Positions 9,611 to 18,938 of a stretch of 58,681 bases of DNA are shown here, piece after piece. The notes beneath the pieces were generated by a model. The model was not told the DNA's origin, did not search any database, and worked only from the letters and a program-made list of their open reading frames with translations. The stretch lies in the NCBI GenBank assembly GCA_027048495.1, contig JALTWS010000019.1, positions 1 through 58,681 on the forward strand, in the 5' to 3' direction. The position numbers were made by a program, and so were the translations under genes. The DNA comes from Candidatus Azambacteria bacterium (GTDB lineage: Bacteria > Patescibacteriota > Minisyncoccia > GWC2-36-17 > M10-OD1-4). Every line of letters begins with the position of its first letter. Position 1 is the stretch's first letter.

Positions 9611-10066
9611 ATGCTTGATCTGGACATTGGTGTTTCAAACAAAACAAAAAAAAAGATAGATTTAAATTGCTTAAAAAAAGCTGCACTTTTAACAACAAAA
9701 GAGCTTTATTGCGGTAAAAAGCAAGTAGAAATAAGTTTGGTTTTTGTCGGAGAAAAAAAAATTAGAGAGTTAAATAAAAAATACAGAAAAAAGAATAAGA
9801 TAACAGATGTTTTGTCATTTAGCTTCTTTGAGAGCGGAGACAACTTTTTATCTGATAAGTTAAATTTGGGAGAGATATTTGTGTGTGTTTCTTATGCTGA
9901 GAAAAATGCCAGAAAAAAGGGTGTTAGTTTAAAAAAGGAATTGGCTTTGCTTGTTGTTCATGGAGTTGTACATCTTTTTGGTATAGACCATGAAAGATCA
10001 GAGAAAGAATATAAAAAGACGGAAAAGATACAAAACAAGATTTTAAGTTTATTATTTAAAAAATAA
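9611..10066 (+). CDS. ybeY: rRNA maturation RNase YbeY
   Basis: TDVLSF, LGEIFV, HGVVHLFGIDH. Confidence 0.95.
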   Translation: MLDLDIGVSNKTKKKIDLNCLKKAALLTTKELYCGKKQVEISLVFVGEKKIRELNKKYRKKNKITDVLSFSFFESGDNFLSDKLNLGEIFVCVSYAEKNARKKGVSLKKELALLVVHGVVHLFGIDHERSEKEYKKTEKIQNKILSLLFKK

Positions 10067-10071
10067 AAACA

Positions 10072-11298
10072 GTGGCAAAAGAACATATAATATGTGGCTT
10101 GGACATAGGGACTGCCAAAACAAGGGCAGTAGTTTTGCAATATAAAAAAGGGGCAGAAAAGCTTTCTGTTGTTGGCGTTGGAGAGGTTTTATCATCTGGA
10201 GTAAGAAGGGGGGTTGTTTCTGATATGAATGAAGTTTCAAATGCTATTTCTGAGGCTGTTGGTTTGGCAGAAAAAACCTCCGGTAGAGAAATAAATTCAG
10301 TTTTTGTAAATCTCTCTGGATCTCATATAGGATCCAGAGTTTCAAAAGGAGTGGTTGCTGTTTCAAGGGCAGATCAGGAGATATCTCAAGAAGATGTAAA
10401 CAGGGTTCTTCAGACAACAGAAGCTGTATCAATTCCTCCAAACAGAAAAATAGTTCATGTTATTCCAAAAGAATTTATGATAGACGGCGAAGGGGGAGTG
10501 GTTGATCCTTTGGGAATGAAGGGCATAAGACTAGAAGTAAATGCTTTGGTTGTTGATTGTTCTGTGCCTGTTATAAACAATGTAACAAAAGCTGTGTCTG
10601 ATGCAGGACTTGATTTGGAAGAACTTGTTGTTTCTCCGCTTGCTTCTTCTAAATCTGTGCTTTCAAAAAGACAAAAAGAGCTTGGCGTTATGGTGCTTGA
10701 TATGGGCGCTGGAACAACAAGCATGTCTATTTACGAAGATGGAAGTATTTCTCATGTTGCTGTTTTGCCAATAGGCGCATCTCATATAACAAATGATATA
10801 GCAATAGGATTAAGGACAGAAGTTGATGTTGCAGAAAAGATAAAACTGGAGCATGGAACAGCAGATGTAAAAAGTGTAAACAAAAAAGAAATGCTTAGCT
10901 TAGCTGAGTTTGGGCTTGAAGATGGCGGCTCTGTTTCCAAAAGACATGTTGCAGAGATAATAAGAGCAAGACTTGATGAAACATTTGAGCTTATTTATAA
11001 AGAATTAAAAAAGGTTTCAAAGCAGGGGCTTTTGCCGGGAGGGGTTGTGCTTGTTGGCGGAGGAGCAAAAATGCCTTATATAGTTGAGTTAGCAAAAGAA
11101 AAGCTAAAGCTTCCTGTTCAGATAGGATTTCCAAATTCTGATATAGATGGAATTTTAGATAATATAGCAGATCCTGAATACGCTTCTGTTTTGGGACTTG
11201 GGCTTTTTGGCTTTGACGAAGTTGAAAGAGATTATTTTTCTTCTTCTGACGGCGCTTTTGGAAAAATAAAAAAATTTTTCAAGACATTCATGCCTTAA
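10072..11298 (+). CDS. ftsA: Cell division protein FtsA
   Basis: GLDIGT, DMGAGTT, VLVGGGA; precedes ftsZ. Confidence 0.97.
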   Translation: MAKEHIICGLDIGTAKTRAVVLQYKKGAEKLSVVGVGEVLSSGVRRGVVSDMNEVSNAISEAVGLAEKTSGREINSVFVNLSGSHIGSRVSKGVVAVSRADQEISQEDVNRVLQTTEAVSIPPNRKIVHVIPKEFMIDGEGGVVDPLGMKGIRLEVNALVVDCSVPVINNVTKAVSDAGLDLEELVVSPLASSKSVLSKRQKELGVMVLDMGAGTTSMSIYEDGSISHVAVLPIGASHITNDIAIGLRTEVDVAEKIKLEHGTADVKSVNKKEMLSLAEFGLEDGGSVSKRHVAEIIRARLDETFELIYKELKKVSKQGLLPGGVVLVGGGAKMPYIVELAKEKLKLPVQIGFPNSDIDGILDNIADPEYASVLGLGLFGFDEVERDYFSSSDGAFGKIKKFFKTFMP

Positions 11299-11356
11299 TT
11301 TGCAAAATATTTTTGTTTGTATTAAAGTATGTAGGTAATTAATATAATTTAAAAAT

Positions 11357-12589
11357 ATGAGTCAAGTAAAACCAGATATAGAAACATTTGCAAGAATAAA
11401 AGTTGTTGGAATAGGCGGTGGAGGAGGAAACGCTGTCAGCCGTATGGTAGAATCAAAAATAAAAGGAGTTGATTTCATAACGATAAACACAGATGCGCAA
11501 GATCTTCATCATTCTGCCGCAAAGACAAAAATTCATATTGGAAAAAGCACTACAAGAGGGCTGGGAGCTGGTATGAATCCAGATGTTGGAAGGCAGGCTG
11601 CAGAAGAGTCAAGAGAAGAGATACAAGAGGCTTTAAAAGGAGCTGATCTTGTTTTTGTAACTTGTGGTATGGGTGGAGGAACAGGAACAGGAGGGTCTCC
11701 TGTTGTTGCAGAAATTGCAAAAAATATAGGAGCTTTAACTATTGGCGTTGTTACAAAGCCTTTTTCTTTTGAAGGCATACAAAGGGCTCGCCTTGCAGAA
11801 GAAGGGCTTGAAAATTTAAAAGAAAAAGTTGACGCTTTAGTTACAATACCAAACGACAGGATTTTTAACATCATAGAGAAAAAAACTTCGGTTATGGGAT
11901 CTTTTGCTTTGGTTGATGCTATATTGCAACAAGCCGTTCAAGGCATCTCAGACCTTATAACTTTACCCGGAATTATAAATGTAGATTTTGCAGACATTAA
12001 AGCGATAATGCAAAATACTGGATCTGCCTTGATGGGAATAGGGGTAGCTTCTGGAGAAGATAGAGCTGTTGAAGCGGCAAAAGCGGCTATTAACTCTCCT
12101 TTGCTTGAAGTGTCTATTGAGGGTGCAAGAGGAGTGCTGTTTTCTGTGGCGGGAGGCCAAGATATGAGTATGATGGAGATAAACGATGCCGCAAAGGTTA
12201 TTTCAGAATATGTTGATCCTGATGCAAGAATAATATTTGGAGCGCTAAATGATCCAAGAATTAAAAAAGGAGAAATTAAAATAACGGTTATAGCAACAGG
12301 ATTTGGAGATGAAGCCATAAAAAAAGATGAAGAAAAAATAACCGTTCCTGATTTTGACAGTTTCAAAAAAGAAAAAGAAGATGCAAAAAATTTAGATTTA
12401 AGCAACAATGATGCTGAATTTAAAGAAGGAATAGTAAGGGTAAAATCAAAACAAAACGAAGATAATTCTGAGAAAAGTTCTATTCAAAACGAGGAAAAAA
12501 CAAGCCTTAAAAAAAGATTGTTTTCTTCTGTTGATGATGATGACTCTTCTGAGTGGGATATACCTGCATTTATAAGAAGAAAAAAATAA
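11357..12589 (+). CDS. ftsZ: Cell division protein FtsZ
   Basis: GMGGGTGTG; C-terminal WDIPAFIRR. Confidence 0.99.
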   Translation: MSQVKPDIETFARIKVVGIGGGGGNAVSRMVESKIKGVDFITINTDAQDLHHSAAKTKIHIGKSTTRGLGAGMNPDVGRQAAEESREEIQEALKGADLVFVTCGMGGGTGTGGSPVVAEIAKNIGALTIGVVTKPFSFEGIQRARLAEEGLENLKEKVDALVTIPNDRIFNIIEKKTSVMGSFALVDAILQQAVQGISDLITLPGIINVDFADIKAIMQNTGSALMGIGVASGEDRAVEAAKAAINSPLLEVSIEGARGVLFSVAGGQDMSMMEINDAAKVISEYVDPDARIIFGALNDPRIKKGEIKITVIATGFGDEAIKKDEEKITVPDFDSFKKEKEDAKNLDLSNNDAEFKEGIVRVKSKQNEDNSEKSSIQNEEKTSLKKRLFSSVDDDDSSEWDIPAFIRRKK

Positions 12590-12729
12590 AATTTTCAGAA
12601 CTTCTATTTTTGGCGCGTTTTTTCGTTCTAATTTAAAATTCTTATCAGTTGTGTATTGAGTACAACTGGCTTCAAATTAAATTTTAACTTACACTTCAAA
12701 TCGCATTTAATATATGTAATAACAAAACA

Positions 12730-12760
12730 AAAACCTGTCAAAATAGGCGGGTTTTTTATT
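12730..12760 (+). terminator. Probable intrinsic terminator
   Basis: aaacctgtc/ggcgggttt (with G-U) plus T-run. Confidence 0.55.
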
Positions 12761-12797
12761 TGTAATAAAGTTCACGAACATGTATAATTTCAATATT

Positions 12798-13316
12798 ATG
12801 AAAAATATAAAATGGGTTTCTGTTGGGGGTGGCAGAAAGATAAATCAAAAAATAAAAGATGATATAAAAAAGGCAGTTTCTGAAAAAATGAAACAGGGTT
12901 TTGGGTTGGTTTCTGGTGGTGCTCCGGGAGTTGATTTTTATGCAACAAAAGTGGCTTTGGAGTTTGATAAAAATGCAGAAAGAATAAAAATTTTTTTGCC
13001 AACGAGTTTAGATATTTATTTTAAATATTTTAAACCGAGAATTGAAAGCGGAAAAATTTCAGAAAGTGAATTTTTAGAATTAAAAAATCAATTAGAGTAT
13101 ATAAAAAGCAAAAATCCTAATGCTTTGGTGGAAAATGATGAAAAAGAGGTAAATAAAGATTCTTTTCACAAAAGAAATGCTCAAATTGTTGATTTTGCAG
13201 ATGAGCTTTTGTCTTTTTGGGTAAATAAAGATTCAGGCACATGGTTTGCAATTGAATATGCAAAACAAAAAGGTGTTCCAGTAAAAATTTATGAATATAA
13301 AATTGATTTTAATTAA
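12798..13316 (+). CDS. SLOG-superfamily (DprA/LOG/YspA-like) nucleotide-binding protein
   Basis: GGGR, LVSGGAPGVD, RNAQIVDFAD, SGT..AIEYAKQKGVPV. Confidence 0.75.
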   Translation: MKNIKWVSVGGGRKINQKIKDDIKKAVSEKMKQGFGLVSGGAPGVDFYATKVALEFDKNAERIKIFLPTSLDIYFKYFKPRIESGKISESEFLELKNQLEYIKSKNPNALVENDEKEVNKDSFHKRNAQIVDFADELLSFWVNKDSGTWFAIEYAKQKGVPVKIYEYKIDFN

Positions 13317-13336
13317 GTTATTTAAATATAAAGTAT

Positions 13337-13783
13337 ATGAAGCACAGCAAAAAAATTAAATTAGTTTTAGATCTTTTAAAAGATGAAGTTAAAGGAGATA
13401 CTAAGTCTGCTTTGAAAAAAATTACAAAAGACTATACTATGACTTGGGTATATAAATCAAAAGATGGATTATTTCCAACGGAAAAAGTTAAATCAGAAAA
13501 TGATATAAAAGATATTTATAATATAAAAAGAAGAAAGTATGAAATAAAAAATATCGCAGAAGGAAAAGATGTTGTGATGATTGAAATGATAGAAAGCTAT
13601 CCCGATCCAAAAACAAAAAAGGTATTTAAAACTCCATTAGTGATCGTGCTTGAATTTAAAAACGGGAAAGTTAGAACAGGTAGACATTATTGTGATCCGA
13701 GAATTTCTTTTATGAATTTGAGCAAAAGGGAAATAAGCAAAATATATAAAAATAATAATGAAAAAAGAATTATTATAAAATAA
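13337..13783 (+). CDS. NTF2/SnoaL-like protein
   Basis: IAEGKDVVMIE...VLEFKNGKV..RHYCD pattern. Confidence 0.65.
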   Translation: MKHSKKIKLVLDLLKDEVKGDTKSALKKITKDYTMTWVYKSKDGLFPTEKVKSENDIKDIYNIKRRKYEIKNIAEGKDVVMIEMIESYPDPKTKKVFKTPLVIVLEFKNGKVRTGRHYCDPRISFMNLSKREISKIYKNNNEKRIIIK

Positions 13784-13822
13784 TTAACTCTATAATTAAT
13801 TATAGAGTTAATTATAGAGTTA
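13781..13822. repeat. Perfect 34-bp palindrome plus extra ATTATAGAGTTA unit; candidate operator
   Basis: taattaactctataatt|aattatagagttaatta, directly before TGATATAAT. Confidence 0.75.
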
Positions 13823-13837
13823 TGATATAATTATTTT

Positions 13838-14017
13838 ATGGCAAGAAGAAAATTAGAAGAAAGAAACATAAGAAAGCTAACCCGCACAGGTAGGGGAAGG
13901 AGCATATTGGTGACTTTACCGATAGAGCTTGTGCGTGAGCTTGGCTGGAGAGAAAAGCAGAAAGTAACAGTCAGAAAAATCGGGAAAAAGCTTATAATAG
14001 AAGATTGGAAAAAATAA
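13838..14017 (+). CDS. Small AbrB/MazE-family DNA-binding protein (59 aa, not in ORF track)
   Basis: MARRKLEERNIRKLTRTGRGRSILVTLPIELVRELGWREKQKVTVRKIGKKLIIEDWKK. Confidence 0.85.
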   Translation: MARRKLEERNIRKLTRTGRGRSILVTLPIELVRELGWREKQKVTVRKIGKKLIIEDWKK

Positions 14018-14030
14018 TTTGTGGTTTTAA

Positions 14031-15386
14031 ATGCTCTCAAAATCTAAAACATTTTTATGTCTGATGCTTTCTTTTTTGGGAGGCGTTTTTTATTTTACCT
14101 TTTTTGGTTTTGAGCTGTTTGGTATTTTGTTCTCTTTTTCTTTGTTTTTGGTTTTTTTGTTCTCTTTTTTTGAAAAAAGAGATTTTTTTATTTTGGGGAT
14201 TTTCTTTTTGGTGTTTTTGTTTGGCGGATTTTGGTATCAAAATTCAATTCCAAAAAATTTGGATCTTAAAAAATATGTTGGCAAAAATCTGCAAATAGAA
14301 GCAAATATAATATCTGAGCCGGAGTTTAAAGGAAATAAGCAAAAGTTCGTTGTAAGAACAAAGCAAAAAGAGAAAATTCTAATAAATACAACAAGATATC
14401 CAGAATATCAATATGGAGATGTTGTATTTATAAAAGGCAAGTTAAAAGAACCGGAAAATTTTTCTGGATTTAACTACAAAGCCTATCTTGCAAAAGATGA
14501 TATATATTTTTTGATGCAAAGGCCTAAAATTGAGATTAAAAAAACAGGAGAGGGAAATAAACTTGTTTTGGCTTTGTTTGCTTTAAAAAAGAATTTTTCC
14601 CAAAACATAAAAGAACTTTTGCCTTCTCCAGAAGCGGACTTTATTGTCGGGATACTTTTTGGTTCAAAATCAGAAATTCCTCCCAAGCTTTATGATGATT
14701 TTATAAAGACCGGAACTGCGCATATTATAGCTTTGTCAGGTTTTAACATTACCATTATTGTTATGTTTTTGGCGTGGATTTTTAGTCATTTTTTAAAAAG
14801 CCAAAAAGTAGTTGTAATATCAGCAATAGTTGTAATTACTCTTTTTGTTATTATGACTGGCGCTTCCTCTTCTGTTGTGCGAGCGGCTTTGATGGGATCT
14901 GTTTTGCTTTTAGCAAGGTATTACGGAAGGGCAAAACATTCTTTGAATGCTCTTGTTTTTGCCGCTTTGCTTATGGTTCTATTCAATCCGAAAATTTTAG
15001 TTTTTGATGTTTCTTTTCAGCTTTCTTTTTTAGCAACTTTGGGACTTTTGTATATTTATCCTTATTTTAAAAATAAATTCACTAAAATTCCGGATTTTTT
15101 CTCATTAAGAGATACAGTATCGGCTACATTATCTGCTCAAATCGCTGTGTTGCCTATTTTGCTTTACAATTTTAAGCAGGTATCTTTGATTGCCCCCGTT
15201 GTAAATGTCTTAATATTGCCTTTAATACCACCAGCTATGCTTTTGGGTTTTTTGGCGGGGCTTATTGGATTTTTTTCCATAGCACTTGCAAAGTTGTTTG
15301 TATTTCCGCTTTGGATGATTTTGTTTTATCAAATAAAAACTATAGAGTTTTTTGGCGGCTTGTCTTTTTCATCAATAGCCTTCTAA
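14031..15386 (+). CDS. comEC: ComEC/Rec2 competence protein, membrane part
   Basis: GTAHIIALSGFN, SVVRAALM, SFQLSFLAT. Confidence 0.93.
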   Translation: MLSKSKTFLCLMLSFLGGVFYFTFFGFELFGILFSFSLFLVFLFSFFEKRDFFILGIFFLVFLFGGFWYQNSIPKNLDLKKYVGKNLQIEANIISEPEFKGNKQKFVVRTKQKEKILINTTRYPEYQYGDVVFIKGKLKEPENFSGFNYKAYLAKDDIYFLMQRPKIEIKKTGEGNKLVLALFALKKNFSQNIKELLPSPEADFIVGILFGSKSEIPPKLYDDFIKTGTAHIIALSGFNITIIVMFLAWIFSHFLKSQKVVVISAIVVITLFVIMTGASSSVVRAALMGSVLLLARYYGRAKHSLNALVFAALLMVLFNPKILVFDVSFQLSFLATLGLLYIYPYFKNKFTKIPDFFSLRDTVSATLSAQIAVLPILLYNFKQVSLIAPVVNVLILPLIPPAMLLGFLAGLIGFFSIALAKLFVFPLWMILFYQIKTIEFFGGLSFSSIAF

Positions 15387-15425
15387 TCTCTTAATTATCC
15401 AACCGCTAAAATTCTAATGTAGTAA

Positions 15426-15474
15426 TGTAGAGGTTCAACCTCTATAAAAAAGTTGTAGAGGTTGAACCTCTACA
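15426..15474. repeat. Inverted pair of GTAG-type REP palindromes
   Basis: tgtagaggttcaacctcta ... tgtagaggttgaacctctaca. Confidence 0.9.
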
Positions 15475-15497
15475 GATATTATTGGTATAATTTTGTT

Positions 15498-16190
15498 ATG
15501 GGAAATAGAAAAATAAAATTTGTAAATGGAGAATTTTACCACGTTTATAATCGGGGAGTTGATAAGCGTGATATTTTTTTAGATAAGTATGACATAGATA
15601 GATTTTTACAAAGTATGATTGAATTTAATAGAGTAAGCCCAACAGGAGGTATGTACATAATTAGCAGACTTAAACAAAATAGAGGTTCAACCTCTACGAT
15701 TTTAAAAAGTAAACTTGTAGAAGATGAAGCTAAGTTAGTGAATGTTATAGCATATTGTCTTAATCCTAATCATTATCATTTTATTTTAGAACAAGTTACT
15801 GATGGCGGTATAAGTGAATTTATGAAAAGATTAAATGGCGGATATACATATTATTTTAACGAAAAAAATGAACGCTCAGGTTCTTTGTTTCAGGGGAGAT
15901 TTAAAGCTGTTCATATAAATTCCAATGAATATTTATTGTATTTGAGTTCTTATGTTAATTTAAATTATAAAGTCCACCAACTTAGCGGTCCGACCGCTAA
16001 GTTGGTGGTTTCAAGTTGGAATGAGTATGTTAAAGATACGGATTTTGAAGTTTGTGACAAAAATATAATATTGAGTCAATTTAGCAACAAAAAGGATTAT
16101 GCAAAATTTGCTGAAAAATCTTTGAAGTCTATTTTAGAAAGGGGGGAGAAAGATTCTAATTTAAATAAAATTTTATTTGATAAGAATTAA
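15498..16190 (+). mobile_element. REP-associated tyrosine transposase (RAYT, Y1 HUH)
   Basis: YHVYNRG, AYCLNPNHYHF (HUH), RSGSLFQGRFK, SSW; REP pairs on both sides; probable start 15498. Confidence 0.93.
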
Positions 16191-16192
16191 AT

Positions 16193-16238
16193 CTGTAGAG
16201 GTTCAACCTCTAAATTTGTAGAGGTTGAACCTCTACAG
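16193..16238. repeat. Inverted pair of GTAG-type REP palindromes
   Basis: ctgtagaggttcaacctcta-aatttg-tagaggttgaacctctacag. Confidence 0.9.
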
Positions 16239-16255
16239 GATGTTTTTGTTGTTAG

Positions 16256-17122
16256 GTGGAATTAAATAATAAATCAGGAATTTATTTTTGGGTTTTTATT
16301 TTTTGTTTTACGATCATTGTATGGTCTTCTGTTTTTTTGTATGGTTTTGACGGAAAGTTAAAGGTCTATTTTTTAAATGTTGGGCAGGGAGATGCGATTT
16401 TTATTGAGACTCCAGATAAGTTTCAGGTTTTGGTAGACGGAGGTCCGGACAATTCCATTTTGTCTGAACTTTCTTCTGTCATGCCTTTTTATGATAAAAG
16501 CATAGATCTTTTGGTCTTAACTCATCCGCAAAAGGATCATATATTTGGACTTATTGATGTTTTAAAAAGATATGAAGTAAAAAATGTTTTGTTTTCAAGT
16601 ATCCAATATAAAAGCAATATTTATGATGAGTTTAAAAAAATAATCAAGGAAAAAAATATAAACTTTATAGAAGCAAAGGCGGGCAAAAGTTTAGTTTTGG
16701 GAGATTTAGTTAAAATGGATTTAATATATCCTTTTTTTGACGCTTCTTCAAAAAAGGTCAAAAATCCAAATGATATTTCCTTAGCTTTTGTATTGACTTT
16801 TTTGGAAAAGAAATTTCTTTTTGCCGGAGATGCAGAGCTAAAAGAGGAGATTGATTTGGTAAATTCTGGCATTGATATTGATGTAGATGTTTTAAAACTT
16901 AATCATCATGGATCAAATACATCAAATTCTGAGTTATTTTTGGAAAAGACATCTCCAGATATTGCTGTGATATCTGTTGGAAAAGATAATCCATACAAAC
17001 ACCCTTCAAAGGAAGTTTTAGAAAGGATAAAGGATATAAAAATTTTAAGGACAGACATTAACGGAAAAATAATTATAAAAACGGATGGATTTAAGTTAAA
17101 GTATCAAACAGAGTTTAACTAG
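16256..17122 (+). CDS. ComEC-type metallo-beta-lactamase-fold nuclease domain (stand-alone)
   Basis: FLNVGQGDA, THPQKDH, HHGS, N.YKHP, RTDING. Confidence 0.92.
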   Translation: MELNNKSGIYFWVFIFCFTIIVWSSVFLYGFDGKLKVYFLNVGQGDAIFIETPDKFQVLVDGGPDNSILSELSSVMPFYDKSIDLLVLTHPQKDHIFGLIDVLKRYEVKNVLFSSIQYKSNIYDEFKKIIKEKNINFIEAKAGKSLVLGDLVKMDLIYPFFDASSKKVKNPNDISLAFVLTFLEKKFLFAGDAELKEEIDLVNSGIDIDVDVLKLNHHGSNTSNSELFLEKTSPDIAVISVGKDNPYKHPSKEVLERIKDIKILRTDINGKIIIKTDGFKLKYQTEFN

Positions 17123-17189
17123 TTTTAATTGACATTTTTTTGTGTTTGGGTTAGCTTGTTTATGTTTTTAATAAAAAAGGAGGTTTGTA

Positions 17190-17381
17190 ATGAAGGTTTC
17201 TCAGATTAGGTTGGTTGTTGATTTTTTGGAAGATGAGAAAAAAGTTTTTGAGCTCTTTATTGTTCCTGAAAATGATGCAGACCAAAACAAAATAAAAGAA
17301 CTTGCAAAACAAAAAGTTGGCAGGATGCTTACTGATGAAATAGGCAAGGTGATGTATCTTATGATAAAAATAGAAGTTTGA
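17190..17381 (+). CDS. Small hypothetical protein
   Basis: TTGACA upstream, AAGGAGGT SD, terminator downstream. Confidence 0.7.
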   Translation: MKVSQIRLVVDFLEDEKKVFELFIVPENDADQNKIKELAKQKVGRMLTDEIGKVMYLMIKIEV

Positions 17382-17388
17382 GCCTTTA

Positions 17389-17419
17389 AAGCCCGATAAA
17401 TTTGTCGGGCTTTTTCTTT
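17389..17419 (+). terminator. Intrinsic terminator
   Basis: aagcccgata/tgtcgggctt plus T-run. Confidence 0.75.
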
Positions 17420-17484
17420 GCAATTTTGTTTTTTTATGATAAATTATTTTTTGTTGGTAATAAGTAATTGTTTATTGTAATAAC

Positions 17485-17958
17485 ATGTCAAAAGCAAAAG
17501 AAAAAACTTTAATAATATTAAAACCAGATGCTGTTCAAAGGGGGCTTTTGGGTGATATTATATCAAGGTTTGAAAAAAAAGGATTAAAAATAGTCGGATT
17601 AAAAATGGCCCATCTTGATGATGTTATTTTAACTGAGCATTATATTCATCACAAAGACAAGCCTTTTTTTGATGATCTGAAAAAATTTATGAGCCAATCT
17701 CCGGTTGTGCTTGCTTGCCTTGAGGGGGTTGAGGCCATAAAGGTTGTAAGGGCAATGTGCGGTCCAACATCGGGAAGGGAAGCTCCTGCAGGAACGATAA
17801 GGGGAGATTTTTCAATATCTGTATCTTCAAATATAATTCATTCGTCTGATTCTGAAGAAACTGCAGAAAAAGAGATAAAAAGGTTTTTCAAAGAAGAAGA
17901 GCTGTTCTCTTATGACAGGTGTGACTTCTCTGTTATTTACTCAAAAGATGAATTGTAA
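17485..17958 (+). CDS. ndk: Nucleoside diphosphate kinase
   Basis: KPDAVQRGL, GTIRGDF, NIIHSSDS. Confidence 0.97.
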   Translation: MSKAKEKTLIILKPDAVQRGLLGDIISRFEKKGLKIVGLKMAHLDDVILTEHYIHHKDKPFFDDLKKFMSQSPVVLACLEGVEAIKVVRAMCGPTSGREAPAGTIRGDFSISVSSNIIHSSDSEETAEKEIKRFFKEEELFSYDRCDFSVIYSKDEL

Positions 17959-18001
17959 ATTTTAAATATTTGTATTATATTTAAAGCGTGGGTTCTTTAA
18001 C

Positions 18002-18439
18002 ATGAGGGCTGGTCCGATGCTTAAGCTTGGTTTTGCGATTTTTTCACTGTTTTTTTCTTTTTTTGCCTTTGCTGAGAATGATGGTTTTGTTTACAAAGAA
18101 GAAGTTCTTTTAAAAAGAAGCATAATGCACCAAAAAGACATAAATGAGCTTGCAATTGCAAGCATTGATCTTTACTTTGAAGTTTTTGATAGATATTTTT
18201 CTGAAAAAGTGTCTTTTGAAATGAAAAAGAATCTAAGCGTAGCGCTTTATTATCATAGTGAAAGCATAAGAAAAGCAGAAGAGCTTTTAAATAAAGGCTA
18301 CAAAAGTTTGGCTTTGTTTCAAATTGGTTTAAATGATGCGGTAACTTTGAAGTTAATTGAAATTGACAGCAAAATAATGAACATTGTTGTTTTTGGAATA
18401 CAAAGCGAAGATGAAAGTTATAAAGGTGTTTTTATGTAA
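18002..18439 (+). CDS. Hypothetical exported protein
   Basis: Signal-like N-terminus (AFA|EN). Confidence 0.55.
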   Translation: MRAGPMLKLGFAIFSLFFSFFAFAENDGFVYKEEVLLKRSIMHQKDINELAIASIDLYFEVFDRYFSEKVSFEMKKNLSVALYYHSESIRKAEELLNKGYKSLALFQIGLNDAVTLKLIEIDSKIMNIVVFGIQSEDESYKGVFM

Positions 18440-18470
18440 TTTTTTGTTGATTTATGATACTATAAAAGTA

Positions 18471-18613
18471 TCCCCGCCCGGCGTTAATGAACCAAGGTCA
18501 ACTATGTCTTTTTGGGATCCTTACATTGCTTTAGTTCGCTGGTTCGTCCGGGGGCTAAAGTTGCGGGAACCCACTTGGACGTTTGCTTGCGTTCATCAAT
18601 GTTGAGGCGGGGA
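18471..18613 (+). ncRNA. 6S RNA-like rod-shaped RNA
   Basis: tccccgcc/ggcgggga closing stem, atgaac/gttcat, central bubble, apical gctttagtt/ggctaaagt; TGaTACTAT about 7 nt upstream; terminator after. Confidence 0.7.
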
Positions 18614-18653
18614 ATAAAAATACTCCGGATTTGTATCCGGAGTATTTTTATTT
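18614..18653. terminator. Bidirectional terminator between 6S-like RNA and rpmB
   Basis: ataaaaatactccggat/atccggagtatttttat. Confidence 0.85.
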
Positions 18654-18836
18654 GTCTTGTTTGTGAATGCTTCTTATACATTTGGTGCAGGCTTTTATTC
18701 TTTTTTTGCCTATTGTTACCCATTGTAAGTTTGGAAATTTCCTTCTTTTTGTGGTTGGATTGTAGTTTCCGCGAAGCTTCACCAAAACTGTATTTACTTT
18801 TGAAGTTTTTTCACAAATTGGGCAAATTCTTGACAT
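18648..18836 (-). CDS. rpmB: 50S ribosomal protein bL28
   Basis: MSRICPIC...TKRRKFPNLQ...CTKCIR. Confidence 0.92.
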   Translation of the reverse strand: MSRICPICEKTSKVNTVLVKLRGNYNPTTKRRKFPNLQWVTIGKKRIKACTKCIRSIHKQDK

Positions 18837-18938
18837 AGGTTTTTTTTAACGATTTATGGGCTAAATTTAACATGGCTTTTAAAAAAAATCAAGTTTTGAT
18901 ATACTTAATTGGCAGAAAAACAATTAATTTTTTAAAAT

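Noticed and set aside
11533-12408. Long antisense ORFs in ftsZ (similar ones in lepA, rplO, rpsH)
   Set aside because: Shadow ORFs of conserved genes
13831-14040. 69-aa minus-strand ORF
   Set aside because: The + strand AbrB-like ORF has a promoter and family motif
18384-18838. ORFs 18384-18605, 18502-18723 and 18512-18838
   Set aside because: Overlap the 6S-like RNA, terminator and rpmB; no protein features
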